A stretch of 64,000 nucleotides of DNA from Candidatus Nanosyncoccus sp. (GTDB lineage: Bacteria > Patescibacteriota > Saccharimonadia > Saccharimonadales > Saccharimonadaceae). The translations under genes and the position numbers were made by a program. The stretch is taken from the NCBI GenBank assembly GCA_045638045.1, contig JAZUAP010000007.1, forward strand, positions 5,907 through 69,906, given 5' to 3'. The notes beneath the pieces were generated by a model. That model saw only the letters and a program-made list of their open reading frames with translations. It was not told where the DNA came from and ran no database searches. Positions 50,469-61,287 of this stretch are shown in pieces (within the stretch, counting starts at the first letter, position 1; every line of letters begins with the position of its first letter).

Positions 50469-53400
50469 ATGAACCGAATAAAGTGGAGGATGTTACTATT
50501 TAGACATTTCAGGCGACGACTACGCTTGTGGATGTTTGCACCGATTTTAATCGTAGGGCTGTTTTTGGTTTTTGGCAGTCAGCCAGTGGGGGCTATCGCC
50601 AAAAAAAGTACACTTACTATTTCAGTCAGTAATCCAGGGATGGCATTTTCAGTAATTGGCTCAAGTGGTGGTAATTTTGGCAAGTCTGGTGTTAATACTG
50701 TGACCGCTACAACTGATAACTTTACTGGCTATCAGCTCAAAATTGCTTCAGTCGATTCTCAAAGTTTTTTGAATGATGATGATGGCGAAATCGAGCCAAT
50801 TGAAAGCGAGATTAACGAGACCACTTTTCAAAATAGTGCACTATACAATAATAAATGGGGATATGTACCGAGCCAATTTATAACTACGATTAACGAAACA
50901 AATACCGTTATTCAAAATACAAATTATTTGCCGGCACCGTCGTTTGAGGGTGATCTTTTGGCTATGACAAACTCTGCAAACGTCACGGCGGATACTTACA
51001 CTCTTTCGTTTGGCGCAAGGGTTGATGCGACTTTGCCGACCGGTAGTTATGAATATACTTATGTTCTGCAAATGGTGGGAAATGATGTAGTTTATAATGT
51101 AACTTTTGATGAAAACACTGAAGAGACAGTGACGGGAATGCCTAATCCTAACCCGCAACCATTGGTAATGCCTGGTGGTACGCCAGCAGAACAGAGCTAC
51201 GTCGCGTTAAGCGATGCGGTGCCAGTTATGACAAGTGGAGACGAACTAACCTTTGGTGGATGGTGCGACGTTCCTACGACTGTCGACCCTACAACAGAAA
51301 ATTACGAATGCTCTGGTACTACTTACGCAGCTGGTGCCGATTACCCGATTGACCAAACGGCAGATGGAACCAATATTACTCTATATGCTATTTGGTTGAA
51401 TGATCCATTCCCGACAGTATTTTCGCATATGGGAGCTTGTATATTTAATGGTAAAACTGGCGGAAATATTACTGGTTCAGAGTGTACAGAATATGCCGAT
51501 AAACAATATATTGATACTGGCATAGCGCTTTATAACGATACAAATTATAATAAAGATTACCAAGTGCATTTTAAGATTGATAGTTATGATCCAAATAATC
51601 AATCAGGTGAACAACAGCAAACTTTCTTTAACGATAAACTATCCTCTAAGGCTGGAAGCAAAAAGGCTCCTGGCATCATGGTGAGAAGAGAAGGTTCTAC
51701 TTCAAGGATTGAAATTAATTCCAGATTAAATGATGTCCCGTCGAATTATTCGACCACCGCCAGTAGTATATCAACAGTTGATCTTTATCGAATAAATCAC
51801 AAGATTTATTACAGTATCAATAGTGGTCCACTTGTGATGCTCCAAGATTTAACTGACTCTTCTGAAACATTTGGCATTAATGCTTGGTTTGGTGCGTATC
51901 CTTACGATGAGGATTGTACAGTTAATTGTACTAAAGCTAAGAGGTTTATTGATGCCACAATGAGCGAAATGTATATTAAACTCGGTGATTTTGACGATTC
52001 GGAACTTTATGAGATTACTTTTGATGCGAATGGCGGGACAGCCTCATCGAGCCAATACTATATTGTAGATGGAAATGCCTTGGGTAATTTACCAACAGCG
52101 ACTAGGAGCAACTGGTACTTCCTCGGTTGGTTCACGGGGCAAAGTACTGGAACCCAAATTACGAAGGATACCGTACCGACTGGAACTACGACTTATTGGG
52201 CACATTGGGTGAAAACCGTAACACAAGCAATCATTACTAACCCAGATATCACTGTGCCAAGAGGTAGTACTGAAACTATTAATATATCAAATTCAAATGA
52301 GGTTGAGCCTTATACATTTATGTCGACTAATCCAACAATTGCAACAGTTGATAGCACAACTGGCGTAGTGACTGGCGTTGCTGCAGGTTCAACTACAATA
52401 GTAATGACTGGTACTTTATCACAAGAAACGAGAACAATTGATGTAACCGTAGCTGGTAGTTCTGTCACCTTGACGTTTGATGCTGATGATGGGGCGGCAG
52501 TTGCACCGGTCACTATTGGACAAGGAGCTACTCTAGGTTATATTCCGGCTTCGATTAAACAAGGTTATATTTTAGACGGTTGGTATACGGGTACTGGCGG
52601 AACGGGTCAAAAGCTTCTTACGACTACCCAGATTAATGATGATACTACTTATCATGCTAATTGGGTGGCTGGCTCCTTTGTTTGTGAAAAAGCCAAAACT
52701 TTGCATACCGAGACTTGTAGTAGAAGCTCTAATGGTTGTAATTTAGCGGGTTATGGCTCTGGCGAAATTACTTATGGACAATTAATTCAAACCAGCACGA
52801 TGAATTATGGAGACGCTTATAATTGTGACATTAATAATGATAATAATTTTGATGAAACAAATGAAAGATTCTACTATATCGGAGTAAATCCCGATAATGA
52901 TAACGCATCTTTGATTTATTATAAGAGCTTAGTTAATAGTGATAGAAATTACAGTACAGCAATTACGGATCTTCCTACTTCATCAACTTGGACTAATGAT
53001 AAGCTAGCGGTGTTTGATGGAACGAGAGTGGGTAGATTTATGAAACGTTCAGAAGTTCAGAGGGTTTGCGGATCAGTTCAAGAGTTTCCAACCGAGCTTG
53101 GCGTAGATGGGAACTGTGTGTACCTAATGGAGCAATCTAGCTTCTATGATACTTCTCTAAGGGAAGGTATTTGGCTGGAAGCTGAGGGGGACCCTAGCGA
53201 GTCTGTTAACAGATATAGGATTCAGACCGCATCTCTAAAGGTCACCAATAAAACTAGTGGTAACACTCCGCGACCAGTGATTGAACTACCGATTGGATAT
53301 CTTGAAAGAGGTGGCTTTACACCGACACCGGCAACGACATACGATCTAACCTTTGCCCCACATAACGAAACGAGTTCAAGTGTCGTTACTATCGATGCGG

Positions 53401-56400
53401 GCGACCCGATTGGTGCTGACATGCCGAATGATCCAACCTACCTCAACCATCTTTTCCAAGGTTGGTTCACGGAGGAAACTGGCGGAACCTTAGTAACTAG
53501 TCAAACTACGCCAACTGGTGATGCGACTTACCATGCACAGTGGAAAGGCACAGTAGTACTTGCTAATATAACCAACACCAATATAAACATAGTTAAGGAT
53601 GCGACTGAGACGATAAATGTTACCAACGCGAATGAAATTGAAGGCTACAGTTTTATTTCAAATAATACATCCGTAGCGACAGTGGATAGTTCAGGTGTAG
53701 TGACGGGCGTAGGGCAAGGTACAACGACGATTACGATGGAAGGCGCGGTGTCGCACGCTACGAGAACTATCAATGTAACTGTGACAACTCCGGTAATTAA
53801 TACTTACGATTTGACATTCGAACCACATAATGGTGGTACTGCCACAATTATAACTATCGACGCTGGTGACGCAATTGGTACTTTGCCTGAGGATCCAATT
53901 TATACGGATCATTTGTTCCAAGGTTGGTATACGGCGATTAGTGGAGGAGATAAGCTAGATGGAAGTGAAAGACCAGTGGGTGATACAACCTATCATGCGC
54001 AATGGAAGCTACCGGTTACTGAAGCAATTATTTATCCTGAAATAAATGTTGTTCCAGAAGATGGGACGGAGCAATTGGTAGTATCAAACGCTAGCGAATT
54101 AGAAGAATATAGATTTAGTTCAAGTGATACAAGTATATTAGAGGTTGATGCAATTACCGGTGAACTCTTTGGGGCATCTGTTGGCGATGCGGTTATTACT
54201 TTGACTGGTAAACAATCTCATTTAACGAAAACTTTGAATATCACAGTAGCATCTGGCATTACTTCAACCAATGTTTGTATTTTGGCAGATTCACTGCACC
54301 AGGGAACCATTAAAGGCACCTCAACTGTGGTAGATTATGGACAAATAGCTTCGTCTCCAACGCCACAAATAGGTGATGCATATGACTGTGATATAGATGA
54401 TAATAGTGTTTATAATGCTTCAACTGAAAGATTCTATTATATTGGAAGAACAAGCGCTGATCCAAATGCAAATGCTTTACTTGTGGCCTTTAGTAGTTTT
54501 GATGATAACGAAGGTGATGAAAATGGTTGGCATATTCCAACAGAAACGAAAAAGGGCTCTTATCTATATGATACCGCTCTTGCAACTTTGCCGACTACTA
54601 CAAGATGGAAGAATCCTGATTTGGTTGAGCAAACAGTAGCGCAAGACGTTACTCGTGCAGCAAGATTCTTGACTTATAGTGAGGCTACTACGATTTGTTC
54701 TGGTACGTCTAATCTTGATTCTAACTGTAAATACCTACTTGAAAATACAGCTTATGATGATAAAGGTAGAACGGGTATTTGGCTGATGCAAGACGGCAGT
54801 ACATTATATAGGATTCAATCCGCCAATAAGAACATTGCTGGTGTGCAATCTGATAGTACAAATGGTGCACGCCCAGTAATTGAAGTGCCTTATAATTTAA
54901 TTGAAAAATATGAAATACCTTCAGTTTCTTACACCGTGAACTTTAATTCAATGGGCGGTTCTAGTGTCGATCCAGTAACAGTACAGGGTGGCACGGCTCT
55001 TGGCGAAAATTATCCAGCGACCGATCCAACAAAGGCTAACTATGAATTCTTTGGTTGGTATTCTGATTCGGGTTTATCGAATGAAGTTACTCCTGATACA
55101 ATCATCACTGGGGATTCGACCTTCTACGCCAAGTGGATTTATAATGGCTCCAATTTCCCGATTGTTTGGATGGAGAAAAATGCCTGTATATTTAATGGTA
55201 GTAATCCGATTGACGGTGAGTATTGCGGCAAGAAGGATCCGAATAATCCTAAGAGCTACATCGATACGGGTATTGCCCTTTATAATAGCACTAATTATGA
55301 TACGGATTATGAAATTGGCTTTAAGATATTATCGTTTGCACCTACGAGCACTCAAGAAACACTGATGAACGAAAAACTTGAATATAGTACTGAAAACTAT
55401 CCTGGAATCATGATGAGAAGAGCTAGTACTACTTCTAGTATTGAGCTTATTCAAAAGATTAATAATGTTGCGTCACCTACCGCTACAGCAACTATTGGCG
55501 CCCTAAATGACGTTCGAATAGTAAGAGAAGGTGGGGTTGTCAAGTACTCCTTTAACGGCGATGAGTTGACTACTTTGCAAGATTTGAATCAGATTACGAA
55601 GCAAACTTTTGATACGACGACTTGGTTTGGTGCTTCAGCGGCTTATAATTCATCAACTGGATTGTATTCGCCACAACGACAGATACACGGTGTTATGACT
55701 GACATGTATATTAAAATGGGTACTTATGAGGAGAGTAATGAGCGCACTGTAAGATTTAATGCAAATGGCGGAGAAACGAGCGAAGAATATAGATACTTGA
55801 TAAGCGGTAGTCAATTGGGAGCTTTACCGACAGCAACAAGAACTGGTAGTTTCACCTTCCTTGGTTGGTATACAGAAAAGACTGGTGGAACCTTAGCCGA
55901 TCCAACCGACCTCATCACTTCTAATACGACTTATTGGGCACATTGGCAATACCATTCATCAACCGAGATTATTCCGTTTAACGTAGAAAACTCAGCCGTG
56001 CGCGGTTACCAGGAGCAGATTAGTCAGTGGCTACCTGATATTACAACTTTCAACAAAGATGCTACGGATATTAATAAATCTAACTGGGGAATACCTGAAG
56101 CTGATTTCTGGCTCGCTTTGAAAAATAACTACGAAGCTAATGATTGTTACTCGCCGGCATACGCTGCAAGTGAATCTGCAATCGACTTTGATAGTGGAAC
56201 GGTGGATTGCTCTAAACCGAATGTCTATGATACTGGTGTAACTGAAGCGCTTGATGTATACGAGTATGACACCGTCAATCACACTCATGGCAGTACTCCG
56301 GTGGCTTGGGCGAAAGCAGATGAAGGTGTTATACACAACATGATTCCAGGACAAACCTACTATTGGGAGCAGCATGATGATGCGAATGTTTATGGCTACG

Positions 56401-57119
56401 TTGAGGCAACAGCCGATAATGGTCGACGGTTCATCGACTCAGGCGAAGTGAGAAATGTACGTGACCTTGGTGGTTTGCCAGTAGACGCTAACGGCGATGG
56501 TACAATAGATGGCTCATTAAAATACGAAAAACTGTTCCGCGGTGAGAGGTTATGGAAGCATGGAAACACGGTTAATGTTGAAGAAATCGCCAACCTTGGT
56601 GTAACTAAGGAAATTGACCTACGCGAAAGTGGTGAAGGTACAGATGACGACAAATTGTCCGATCTTACCGGTATATCTTCTGATTATGAGCTTAAGACTA
56701 TCAAACACTATGAATCTTATTATGGTTCATCATACTATACTGCAGCCCGAAGTGCAGTAACTCAAGTGATGGACGATGTTATCGCCGGAAAAAATATATT
56801 CTTCCATTGCCGAGTTGGGGCAGATCGAACTGGCACTTTAGCATATATTTTGGAAGGTTTACTAGGCGTGCCAAACGAGGAGCGTTATCAGGAATATGAA
56901 TTAACCTCGTTGTCTGGCATGAACGACAGAACTAGATATTACAAGCAGAAAACTGCATCAAGTAATAAAAAGTTCGTATACATGATGGGCTTCTTACTTA
57001 CAACTCAAGACGTCTATGAATGGTACATGGCTGGTAGTAGTGATACGGAAACCGTCCATCCGGATGCTGACAGAATCCAAGCCTTTAGACAAGCAATGAT
57101 TGAACCTAATTCGCCTTAA
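50469..57119 (+). CDS. Giant 2216-aa secreted multidomain protein ending in a Cys-X5-Arg phosphatase domain
   Basis: TGtATAAT (50430..50435) plus SD. Signal/anchor MFAPILIVGLFLVFGSQPVGA. Approximate modules:
- Family N-terminal module: 50601..51084.
- Listeria-Bacteroides repeats: 51087, 52008..52209, 52464..52664, 53340..53543, 53805..54005, 54930..55136, 55742..55946.
- Big_2-like domains: 52231..52452, 53569..53785, 54027..54248.
- Duplicated ~200-aa module X: 51400..52000 and 55143..55721.
- Duplicated ~210-aa module Y: 52671..53310 and 54262..54908.
- Phosphatase domain at the C-terminus. Confidence 0.9.
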   Translation: MNRIKWRMLLFRHFRRRLRLWMFAPILIVGLFLVFGSQPVGAIAKKSTLTISVSNPGMAFSVIGSSGGNFGKSGVNTVTATTDNFTGYQLKIASVDSQSFLNDDDGEIEPIESEINETTFQNSALYNNKWGYVPSQFITTINETNTVIQNTNYLPAPSFEGDLLAMTNSANVTADTYTLSFGARVDATLPTGSYEYTYVLQMVGNDVVYNVTFDENTEETVTGMPNPNPQPLVMPGGTPAEQSYVALSDAVPVMTSGDELTFGGWCDVPTTVDPTTENYECSGTTYAAGADYPIDQTADGTNITLYAIWLNDPFPTVFSHMGACIFNGKTGGNITGSECTEYADKQYIDTGIALYNDTNYNKDYQVHFKIDSYDPNNQSGEQQQTFFNDKLSSKAGSKKAPGIMVRREGSTSRIEINSRLNDVPSNYSTTASSISTVDLYRINHKIYYSINSGPLVMLQDLTDSSETFGINAWFGAYPYDEDCTVNCTKAKRFIDATMSEMYIKLGDFDDSELYEITFDANGGTASSSQYYIVDGNALGNLPTATRSNWYFLGWFTGQSTGTQITKDTVPTGTTTYWAHWVKTVTQAIITNPDITVPRGSTETINISNSNEVEPYTFMSTNPTIATVDSTTGVVTGVAAGSTTIVMTGTLSQETRTIDVTVAGSSVTLTFDADDGAAVAPVTIGQGATLGYIPASIKQGYILDGWYTGTGGTGQKLLTTTQINDDTTYHANWVAGSFVCEKAKTLHTETCSRSSNGCNLAGYGSGEITYGQLIQTSTMNYGDAYNCDINNDNNFDETNERFYYIGVNPDNDNASLIYYKSLVNSDRNYSTAITDLPTSSTWTNDKLAVFDGTRVGRFMKRSEVQRVCGSVQEFPTELGVDGNCVYLMEQSSFYDTSLREGIWLEAEGDPSESVNRYRIQTASLKVTNKTSGNTPRPVIELPIGYLERGGFTPTPATTYDLTFAPHNETSSSVVTIDAGDPIGADMPNDPTYLNHLFQGWFTEETGGTLVTSQTTPTGDATYHAQWKGTVVLANITNTNINIVKDATETINVTNANEIEGYSFISNNTSVATVDSSGVVTGVGQGTTTITMEGAVSHATRTINVTVTTPVINTYDLTFEPHNGGTATIITIDAGDAIGTLPEDPIYTDHLFQGWYTAISGGDKLDGSERPVGDTTYHAQWKLPVTEAIIYPEINVVPEDGTEQLVVSNASELEEYRFSSSDTSILEVDAITGELFGASVGDAVITLTGKQSHLTKTLNITVASGITSTNVCILADSLHQGTIKGTSTVVDYGQIASSPTPQIGDAYDCDIDDNSVYNASTERFYYIGRTSADPNANALLVAFSSFDDNEGDENGWHIPTETKKGSYLYDTALATLPTTTRWKNPDLVEQTVAQDVTRAARFLTYSEATTICSGTSNLDSNCKYLLENTAYDDKGRTGIWLMQDGSTLYRIQSANKNIAGVQSDSTNGARPVIEVPYNLIEKYEIPSVSYTVNFNSMGGSSVDPVTVQGGTALGENYPATDPTKANYEFFGWYSDSGLSNEVTPDTIITGDSTFYAKWIYNGSNFPIVWMEKNACIFNGSNPIDGEYCGKKDPNNPKSYIDTGIALYNSTNYDTDYEIGFKILSFAPTSTQETLMNEKLEYSTENYPGIMMRRASTTSSIELIQKINNVASPTATATIGALNDVRIVREGGVVKYSFNGDELTTLQDLNQITKQTFDTTTWFGASAAYNSSTGLYSPQRQIHGVMTDMYIKMGTYEESNERTVRFNANGGETSEEYRYLISGSQLGALPTATRTGSFTFLGWYTEKTGGTLADPTDLITSNTTYWAHWQYHSSTEIIPFNVENSAVRGYQEQISQWLPDITTFNKDATDINKSNWGIPEADFWLALKNNYEANDCYSPAYAASESAIDFDSGTVDCSKPNVYDTGVTEALDVYEYDTVNHTHGSTPVAWAKADEGVIHNMIPGQTYYWEQHDDANVYGYVEATADNGRRFIDSGEVRNVRDLGGLPVDANGDGTIDGSLKYEKLFRGERLWKHGNTVNVEEIANLGVTKEIDLRESGEGTDDDKLSDLTGISSDYELKTIKHYESYYGSSYYTAARSAVTQVMDDVIAGKNIFFHCRVGADRTGTLAYILEGLLGVPNEERYQEYELTSLSGMNDRTRYYKQKTASSNKKFVYMMGFLLTTQDVYEWYMAGSSDTETVHPDADRIQAFRQAMIEPNSP
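56454..57116 (+). other. C-terminal protein-tyrosine/dual-specificity-type phosphatase domain (Y_phosphatase3-like)
   Basis: NVRDLGGLPV, KEIDLRESGE, and the P-loop FFHCRVGADRTGTLAYIL (HCRVGADRTG = 56805..56834). Confidence 0.75.
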
Positions 57120-57146
57120 AGCTCCTTTGATGTTATAATCATAAAG

Positions 57147-59114
57147 ATGGCTAAGTTTAAATTAGTGTCAAAGTATAAACCGACTGGGGATCAACCTACT
57201 GCGATTCGTCAATTAACGGACGGGGTGGTTTCTGGTGCGCATGAACAAACTTTGCTGGGTGTAACTGGTTCGGGTAAGACTTTCACGATGGCTAATATTA
57301 TTGAAAATGTACAGAAACCGACTTTGATTTTGGCACACAATAAAACTTTGGCCGCACAACTTTATTCTGAATTTCGGGAATTTTTCCCAAATAATGAAGT
57401 GCATTATTTTGTGTCATATTTTGATTATTATCAACCGGAGGCTTATATCGCATCAACGGATACCTACATTGAAAAAGATTCGGCCATTAACGATGAAATC
57501 GACCGATTGAGGCACGGTACAACGGAGGCATTGCTGAGCCGGCGAGATGTAATTGTGGTGGCGTCGGTTTCCTGTATTTATGGTATTGGTTCGCCGGAGC
57601 ATTATCTTGAAATGTCATTTGAAATCGGAAAAAGTAGTAATATCAGCCAGCTAGATTTCATTAAGAAGTTGGTATCGATTCAGTATCATCGAAATGATCT
57701 CGCATTTGAGCGAGGGAATTTCCGGGTGATGGGAGACACGATTGATCTTTATCCAGCGAATGGGGAATACGCGTATCGTTTTGAATTTGGATTTGATACT
57801 TTGGAAGAGATTAAGGTGGTTGATCCTTTGACTTTTGAGGTGCACGAAAAGCCAGAGTCTGTGCATATTTTCCCAAATACGCATTATGCGACGCCGGAGG
57901 ATTCTTTGGAGAATGCGCTTTTATCGATTCGAAAAGAATATGAGGAAAGATTAAAATATTTCGAAAAACACGAAAAATACTTGGAGGCACAAAGGCTATC
58001 ACAACGTACCAAGTACGATCTTGAAATGCTCAAAGAAACTGGTTTTGTAAAGGGAATTGAGAATTATTCGAGGCACCTAGAAGGGCGAAAACCGGGGGAA
58101 CCACCCTATACATTGCTTGATTTCTTCCCGGAGGACTTTTTATTGATCGTGGATGAATCACATATGACTTTGCCACAGGTACGTGGAATGTATAACGGTG
58201 ATCACGCGCGGAAAATGTCTTTAGTGGAACATGGTTTTAGATTGCCATCGGCACTTGATAATAGGCCTTTAACTTATGGCGAGTTTCAAAAGCATATCAA
58301 TCAAGCGATTTATGTATCAGCGACACCTGGAGAGTATGAATTATCGGTGTCTGGTAAGCCAGCAGAGCAGGTGATTCGCCCAACGGGACTACTTGATCCT
58401 GAAATTGAAGTGCGCTCATCGGATGGACAGATTGATGATTTGATGGAGGAAATTGATACTCGGATAGCTAAAGGGCAGAGAACTTTGATTACGACTTTAA
58501 CTAAGCGGATGGCAGAGGATTTGACTGATCATTTGAAAGAACGAGGGGTGAAGACTGCTTATATTCATTCGGATATTGATACTTTGGAAAGAGGTGATAT
58601 TTTGCGGGATCTTCGCGAGGGTGTTTATGATGTATTAGTTGGAATTAATCTGCTACGTGAAGGACTTGATTTGCCGGAGGTTTCCTTGGTTGCGATACTG
58701 GATGCGGATAAAGAAGGGTTCCTGCGCTCTGAGTCAGCTTTGATTCAGACGATTGGTAGAGCGGCACGCCATGTTGACGGAAAAGTAATCATGTATGCGA
58801 ATTATATTACTGAAAGCATGGAAAAGGCGATTTCAGAGACCAACCGTAGGCGGGAGATTCAAAAAGAATACAATGATAAAAACGGTATCACTCCACAGTC
58901 TATTTCAAAGGAAGTATCGATGGGGCTTCGGGCGATTATCCCGGAGAAGGAAAAGGTTGATAAACTTGATATTAAGCGGATTCCGAAGGATGAATTACCT
59001 GGATTGATTAAGTCACTCACTGGAGAAATGCAACTAGCGGCGGCGAATTTGGAGTTTGAAAAGGCTGCAGCGCTTAGAGATGAGATTGGGAAGATTAAAG
59101 AATATATTGGCTAA
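57147..59114 (+). CDS. uvrB: Excinuclease ABC subunit B
   Basis: 655 aa. [24 protein letters not shown]-terminal UVR motif. TGtTATAAT (57134..57139) lies 7 nt from the ATG. Confidence 0.95.
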   Translation: MAKFKLVSKYKPTGDQPTAIRQLTDGVVSGAHEQTLLGVTGSGKTFTMANIIENVQKPTLILAHNKTLAAQLYSEFREFFPNNEVHYFVSYFDYYQPEAYIASTDTYIEKDSAINDEIDRLRHGTTEALLSRRDVIVVASVSCIYGIGSPEHYLEMSFEIGKSSNISQLDFIKKLVSIQYHRNDLAFERGNFRVMGDTIDLYPANGEYAYRFEFGFDTLEEIKVVDPLTFEVHEKPESVHIFPNTHYATPEDSLENALLSIRKEYEERLKYFEKHEKYLEAQRLSQRTKYDLEMLKETGFVKGIENYSRHLEGRKPGEPPYTLLDFFPEDFLLIVDESHMTLPQVRGMYNGDHARKMSLVEHGFRLPSALDNRPLTYGEFQKHINQAIYVSATPGEYELSVSGKPAEQVIRPTGLLDPEIEVRSSDGQIDDLMEEIDTRIAKGQRTLITTLTKRMAEDLTDHLKERGVKTAYIHSDIDTLERGDILRDLREGVYDVLVGINLLREGLDLPEVSLVAILDADKEGFLRSESALIQTIGRAARHVDGKVIMYANYITESMEKAISETNRRREIQKEYNDKNGITPQSISKEVSMGLRAIIPEKEKVDKLDIKRIPKDELPGLIKSLTGEMQLAAANLEFEKAAALRDEIGKIKEYIG

Positions 59115-59192
59115 CTAATCCTTTGAAACTTAAATATGAACAGAATTGTGATTAATAAAGCTTTTAGCTAATGTTTATGATATAATTAGGTT

Positions 59193-60113
59193 ATGAGCGC
59201 GGTGGGCATTCAAGAAATCGAGCAAATCAATAATCGCGTTAAGTTATGTGATTTTTTGGTAGTAGCACAACTATTCTTGAAGGATAATTTTTTACTTGAG
59301 AGAGAGCTTACGTTTGATGACATCAAACCGAGATTGCTTGGACATTGGGGAACTTGCCACGGCATCAATCTAGCATACGCGAATTTAAAGTGTTATTTTA
59401 GGGATGACCCTAATTTTAGCTTTGTGTTAGGTCCTGGTCATGGATTCCCGGCCTTAAATGCTAATTTATGGTTAGATGAAGAACTACTAAAAGTTAATGA
59501 AAAAGCAAGCCTTGATAGAGCCGGACTAGAATATCTTTGCAAGAGTTTTTCTTGGCCGGATGGTTTTCCGAGCCACGCGAGTCCATACACGCCTGGTGTT
59601 ATTACAGAGGGCGGAGAACTGGGCTATGCTTTAGCTAATGCGTATGGAGTTACTTTAGGACACCCTGAAAAAACTATCGCTGTGATGATTGGCGATGGTG
59701 AACTCGAAACCGCTACTGCACTTGACTCTTTGAATTTGAGAAATCTTTTAACTGGATCAAAAAATGGGCGGATTTTACCGATTTTGCATTTAAATGGTTA
59801 TAAAATATCAGCACCAACTTTATATGCACGTAAATCTGAGCGTGAATTAAATGAGCTAATTCGTGGATTTGGTTTTACGCCGGTATGGATTCATGGTGAT
59901 GATTCGGAAGATTTTCAATCTGCTCTAGAAAAAGAAGTTGATTCACCGTTTTATATACTGGAAACTGAAAAAGGAAAGGGCGGACCGACAAAATACCAAG
60001 ATGCACACCAGATTCCTTTGAAAAACCCAAAGACCGACGAAAATGAGTTGCATGAATTAGAAGAATGGCTACGAAGTTATAATGCAAATGAACTATTGGA
60101 GGGAATAATATGA
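59193..60113 (+). CDS. xfp: Phosphoketolase, N-terminal (TPP/PP-domain) part
   Basis: 306 aa. IKPRLLGHWGTCHG, GPGHGFPA, EGGELGYAL, GDGELETA, ILPILHLNGYKISAPT. TGaTATAAT (59181..59186) lies 6 nt from the ATG. Confidence 0.85.
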   Translation: MSAVGIQEIEQINNRVKLCDFLVVAQLFLKDNFLLERELTFDDIKPRLLGHWGTCHGINLAYANLKCYFRDDPNFSFVLGPGHGFPALNANLWLDEELLKVNEKASLDRAGLEYLCKSFSWPDGFPSHASPYTPGVITEGGELGYALANAYGVTLGHPEKTIAVMIGDGELETATALDSLNLRNLLTGSKNGRILPILHLNGYKISAPTLYARKSERELNELIRGFGFTPVWIHGDDSEDFQSALEKEVDSPFYILETEKGKGGPTKYQDAHQIPLKNPKTDENELHELEEWLRSYNANELLEGII

Positions 60114-61282
60114 TTGAGCGTGTGAAAAACCCAGGCGAAGAATTATTCTCACCAGCCAAAAAAATCGGGGAGCTTTTGACTGAAGAATTCAAGAAAAACC
60201 CTTCATTTAATTTCTTCTCACCAGATGAAACAACCTCTAATAAATTTGATCAGATATTTGAAGTGGAAAAAAGAGCTTGGGGCGATATGCCGACAAAAGC
60301 TTGGGATTTGCCGGAATCTTCTAACGGACGCGTAGTGGAAATGTTATCTGAAAACGTGTTGTTTTCAGTAATGACCGGACATCTAATGAATGGTGAACCT
60401 GCTATGATGGGAAGCTATGAGGCGTTTTTCCCAGTAGTTACTTCACAGGTTTTGCAACAAATGAAATTTTTCAAGCAGCTCAAGAATGTTGAATGGCGTA
60501 AAGCTTTACCAGCAGTGAACTTACTTTCGACTTCGACTTGTTGGAGGCAGGATCACAATGGGTTTACGCATCAATCACCGGCTTTGATATCGACTTTGTT
60601 GTCGGTGCCATCTAATCTTGCTAACTGTATTTTCCCGATTGATGATGTTTCCGCTGAAGAGGCATACAAATTTATGATGGTTTCGGAAAATGTTGTAAAT
60701 CTTACAACATTTGATAAAAATGACCGGCCTCGTTATATTGATTCACACCATGCTAGTTTCCAATTCGCAAATGGTGGTGCGTCAGTTTTTGAATTTGCTT
60801 CGGACAGTAATCCCGACATCATATTAGCCGGATGTGGCGACATCGTTTCGCACGAAGTTCTAGAAGCAATGAAAATAATTCGTGAAGATATCCCAGAAGT
60901 AAAAATGCGGTTTGTGGGGATAAATGCGTTATCTTATCGCTCAATTGGCACCACTAACATGAAGCTGACTAAGGGGAGATTTGAGGAATTGTTTACATCA
61001 GATAAGCCAATCATCGCTAATTTTCATGGTTACCCAGAAACACTTGAAAATATTTTGGAAAATTATACCTATAAAAACAGACTTCGCGTGCACGGCTTCA
61101 ACGAGGAAGGCTCCACTACTACACCATTTGAAATGCTCAGACGGAATGCTGCTTCACGCTTTGATATTGCAATTGACGTTGCGATGCTGATGGGGCGGGA
61201 TGATTTAATTCGTAAATACCGAGAATTGCTAGAACAAAACCATCAACATGCTATACAATTCGGTGAAGATTTGATAAAATAG
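60110..61282 (+). CDS. xfp: Phosphoketolase, middle + C-terminal part
   Basis: 390 aa. FSPDETTSNKF, YEAFF, WRQDHNGFTHQSP, FHGYPE, EEGSTTTPFEM. ATGA overlap with the preceding ORF. Confidence 0.85.
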   Translation: MIERVKNPGEELFSPAKKIGELLTEEFKKNPSFNFFSPDETTSNKFDQIFEVEKRAWGDMPTKAWDLPESSNGRVVEMLSENVLFSVMTGHLMNGEPAMMGSYEAFFPVVTSQVLQQMKFFKQLKNVEWRKALPAVNLLSTSTCWRQDHNGFTHQSPALISTLLSVPSNLANCIFPIDDVSAEEAYKFMMVSENVVNLTTFDKNDRPRYIDSHHASFQFANGGASVFEFASDSNPDIILAGCGDIVSHEVLEAMKIIREDIPEVKMRFVGINALSYRSIGTTNMKLTKGRFEELFTSDKPIIANFHGYPETLENILENYTYKNRLRVHGFNEEGSTTTPFEMLRRNAASRFDIAIDVAMLMGRDDLIRKYRELLEQNHQHAIQFGEDLIK

Positions 61283-61287
61283 CCTGC

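Noticed and set aside
50841-56653. Several 60-125-aa ORFs in other frames inside the 2216-aa gene
   Set aside because: The single long plus-strand frame shows repeated, recognisable domain motifs across the whole interval, so the short ORFs are chance frames.
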